This document shows positions 62,069 to 64,000 of a DNA stretch of 64,000 bases, in pieces. The stretch lies in contig JALDTO010000215.1 of NCBI GenBank assembly GCA_023515725.1, forward strand, positions 149,053-213,052, in the 5' to 3' direction. How positions within the stretch are numbered: position 1 is the first letter of the stretch; the number at the start of each line of letters is the position of its first letter. The notes below the pieces were generated by a model that saw only the letters and a program-made list of their open reading frames with translations, searched no databases and was not told the origin of the DNA. This stretch comes from Amoeboaphelidium protococcarum X5. Lineage: Eukaryota > Fungi > Aphelidiomycota. Both the position numbers and the translations under genes were made by a program.

Positions 62069-63589
62069 TCATTACTATCCAAAGCGACGGTTGAATATCG
62101 ACACATTACTTTGATATTAACCGTTCTATAACGCCAATGGATAGAGATGACTCTTCTTGGAAGCTTATTGCATTTTACTAGCAATCCAATGCGGAACATT
62201 TAAAGTCGCACGTTCAAAAGCATTCTAGTTTACTGTGCCGCCAGCGATTACCATATTCTTATCAATAGCACGCACATTTGAAGTCTTACCACTTTCTAGA
62301 TCTGATTTTGTAATTGGCAATGTATGAACTTGCACATTGGTGATACATACATCACGCGGCACTAACATAATATTAGTGTGAGGATCGTAATAACCAAACT
62401 GGCTCTACTAAGGCTAAGGTTTGCGTGGGAAGTCAACAGGAGGCCTCTAACTGCTCAATCTCTACTTCTCACGACCACGTCCTCTACTTTTACGTCTCTA
62501 AGCACCACCACCACCACTATCAGAATCTTCGCTATCATCTTCATCATCGTACAACAGAGACGACTCTTCATCCCCCATCTGGTCGTCGTCATCATCTTCA
62601 TCATCGTCGTCGATATCAATGCTCTGCTCTGCATAATTCACTCTTCTTCTGCTACTTCCGCGCCCATAACCCTCTGCAATCTAATCTTATTCTACCAACG
62701 TCATGCTTCCATCACCAGAGGCTGTGGCCACTTGGTCATCATTTAAATCCGAGATATCATCAGACTCTCTGGAAGATGAGCGACGTTTACGTTTAGCAAT
62801 CTATGAGGTGATAGACTGTAAATGTTGTTATAATTAAGCGTCCTGCTGCGCACTAGCTCCACCATTAAGTCGCTACTCTCTATCCAATTTAAGCTTCTGA
62901 TTATACGCAAAAGTAGACTTGGCAATCTGATAGATCCAATCCTGACCAGGTTGTTGAACAGGTGACGGATCCTTCAATAAGCCAGAGAGTTGACCAACAT
63001 TAGAATGGAATGATTTCAAATCTTCAATCTCAGTCTGATCCTGCGCAGTTCTATCTCCCTCTTTCAGAATCTTTCTAATCAACTTACCACCATACAATTT
63101 ATAAGCATTAACCGCTGAAGTGACGGCTACATTACGCTAACGCATGTTCGGGTGTATAATCTACATTTTGATCATATCATCACGTTCCTTCACACTCAGT
63201 ATAAGACGCTTAAAGTCTGGATTAGCACGCAAGAATCTATGAGAGTCTATCCCAAATACCAGACGGGCCATATCTAAAACCAGACAATACTTTCTATTAG
63301 CATCTCTGCGCCTCAGAATAAACGTTCTAATCCTAAACTCCTTCTTCTCCGGCTCCACAATATCTCCATTCTCATCCACTCTACCATCCCCACTAAATTC
63401 ATCATCCCAAATCTCTGCAGCCAATTTAGGAGTAATTTTGATTCTCTATAGAGCATCCTCTCCATCCCCATCATCGTCTGACATTTCCTCTTCCTCCTGC
63501 TTCTACTAAACCACTTCAACATCATCATCCCCAGGTTCCTCGCTTTTAAAGTACTTTCTTGGTCTTCCAGGTCTTCTCTTGACATTCAT
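62069..63589 (-). CDS. Chromatin remodelling complex subunit Rsc7/Npl6/Swp82-like with N-terminal AT-hook
   Basis: KRRPGRPRK AT-hook; GDGRVDENG..FRIRTFIL..ARLVFGIDSHRF..KERDDMI..YGGKLI (CRC-subunit-like); GYYDPHTN; YPLALQNGQYQ. Ends TAG TAA TGA. Confidence 0.8.
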
Positions 63590-64000
63590 TCTGCTCACTG
63601 TTTATTAAAATACAATATATGGATGAGATGTTGAGATTCGATTAAAGTCGCAAAAATAAACAACAGCGATTAGCTAAAAACTTGATGAATTGAAAGGAAA
63701 TAAAGAGCGGACGAGAGAGCGAGCGGACGAGAGAGAGAGAGGAGCTTCAATAAAAGTTACACTTAGCGCACGAGGCTTGGAGCTTCAGAGACACCACCGT
63801 ATGTTCTAGTTCTGAATAGATTATCTCAAAAAGAATTTTCCAAGCAAAAAATGCGCATAAAATTGGCTTACGCTGGCAGATCGAGTGTGAGTGCCTGCTC
63901 TATTCCCAAATGGATTTAATCGGATCATACAGTACTCAATTAAGAGATGTCCAACAACACGCGACAAATCGAGGAGATGTGAACAAGTCTTTCTCGTTAA

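Overview
Gene-dense, intron-poor eukaryotic (fungal-like/holomycotan) nuclear DNA that does not use the standard genetic code. TAA and TAG behave as glutamine codons (translation-table-6 type) and TGA is the only stop. This is why the supplied standard-code ORF track is fragmented: pieces of each gene share one frame, are separated by TAA/TAG at conserved Gln positions (profilin MSW-Q[TAA], Ubc13 WSPAL-Q[TAG]-IR), and every reconstructed gene ends in TGA. A fungal-type gene set plus TAR=Gln fits the aphelid algal parasitoid Amoeboaphelidium protococcarum (inferred, not proven). Re-translation gives 26 genes: VPS33, glycogen debranching enzyme, F-box/LRR, TLC-domain, profilin, ALAS/HEM1, OPA3-like, cyclin Y-like, asparagine synthetase, UPF2, MDM31-like, MO25/HYM1, UBC13, SEC9/SNAP25-like, RPP0, PHD protein, two orphan secreted proteins, MBL hydrolase, trehalose phosphorylase, a CC1-box/CaaX coiled-coil protein, eIF5B, ERV46, MFSD5-like, a frameshifted ABCF and RSC7/NPL6-like. 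Two gene-poor islands (33.6-38.4 kb and 55.9-59.9 kb) contain a piggyBac-like MITE (TTAA TSD), a hAT-like element (8-bp TSD) with a probable nested insertion, and gene relics. The first ~290 nt hold a strongly structured segment with two alternative folds upstream of a 3' splice site. All translations and coordinates were worked out by hand; no database searches were run.
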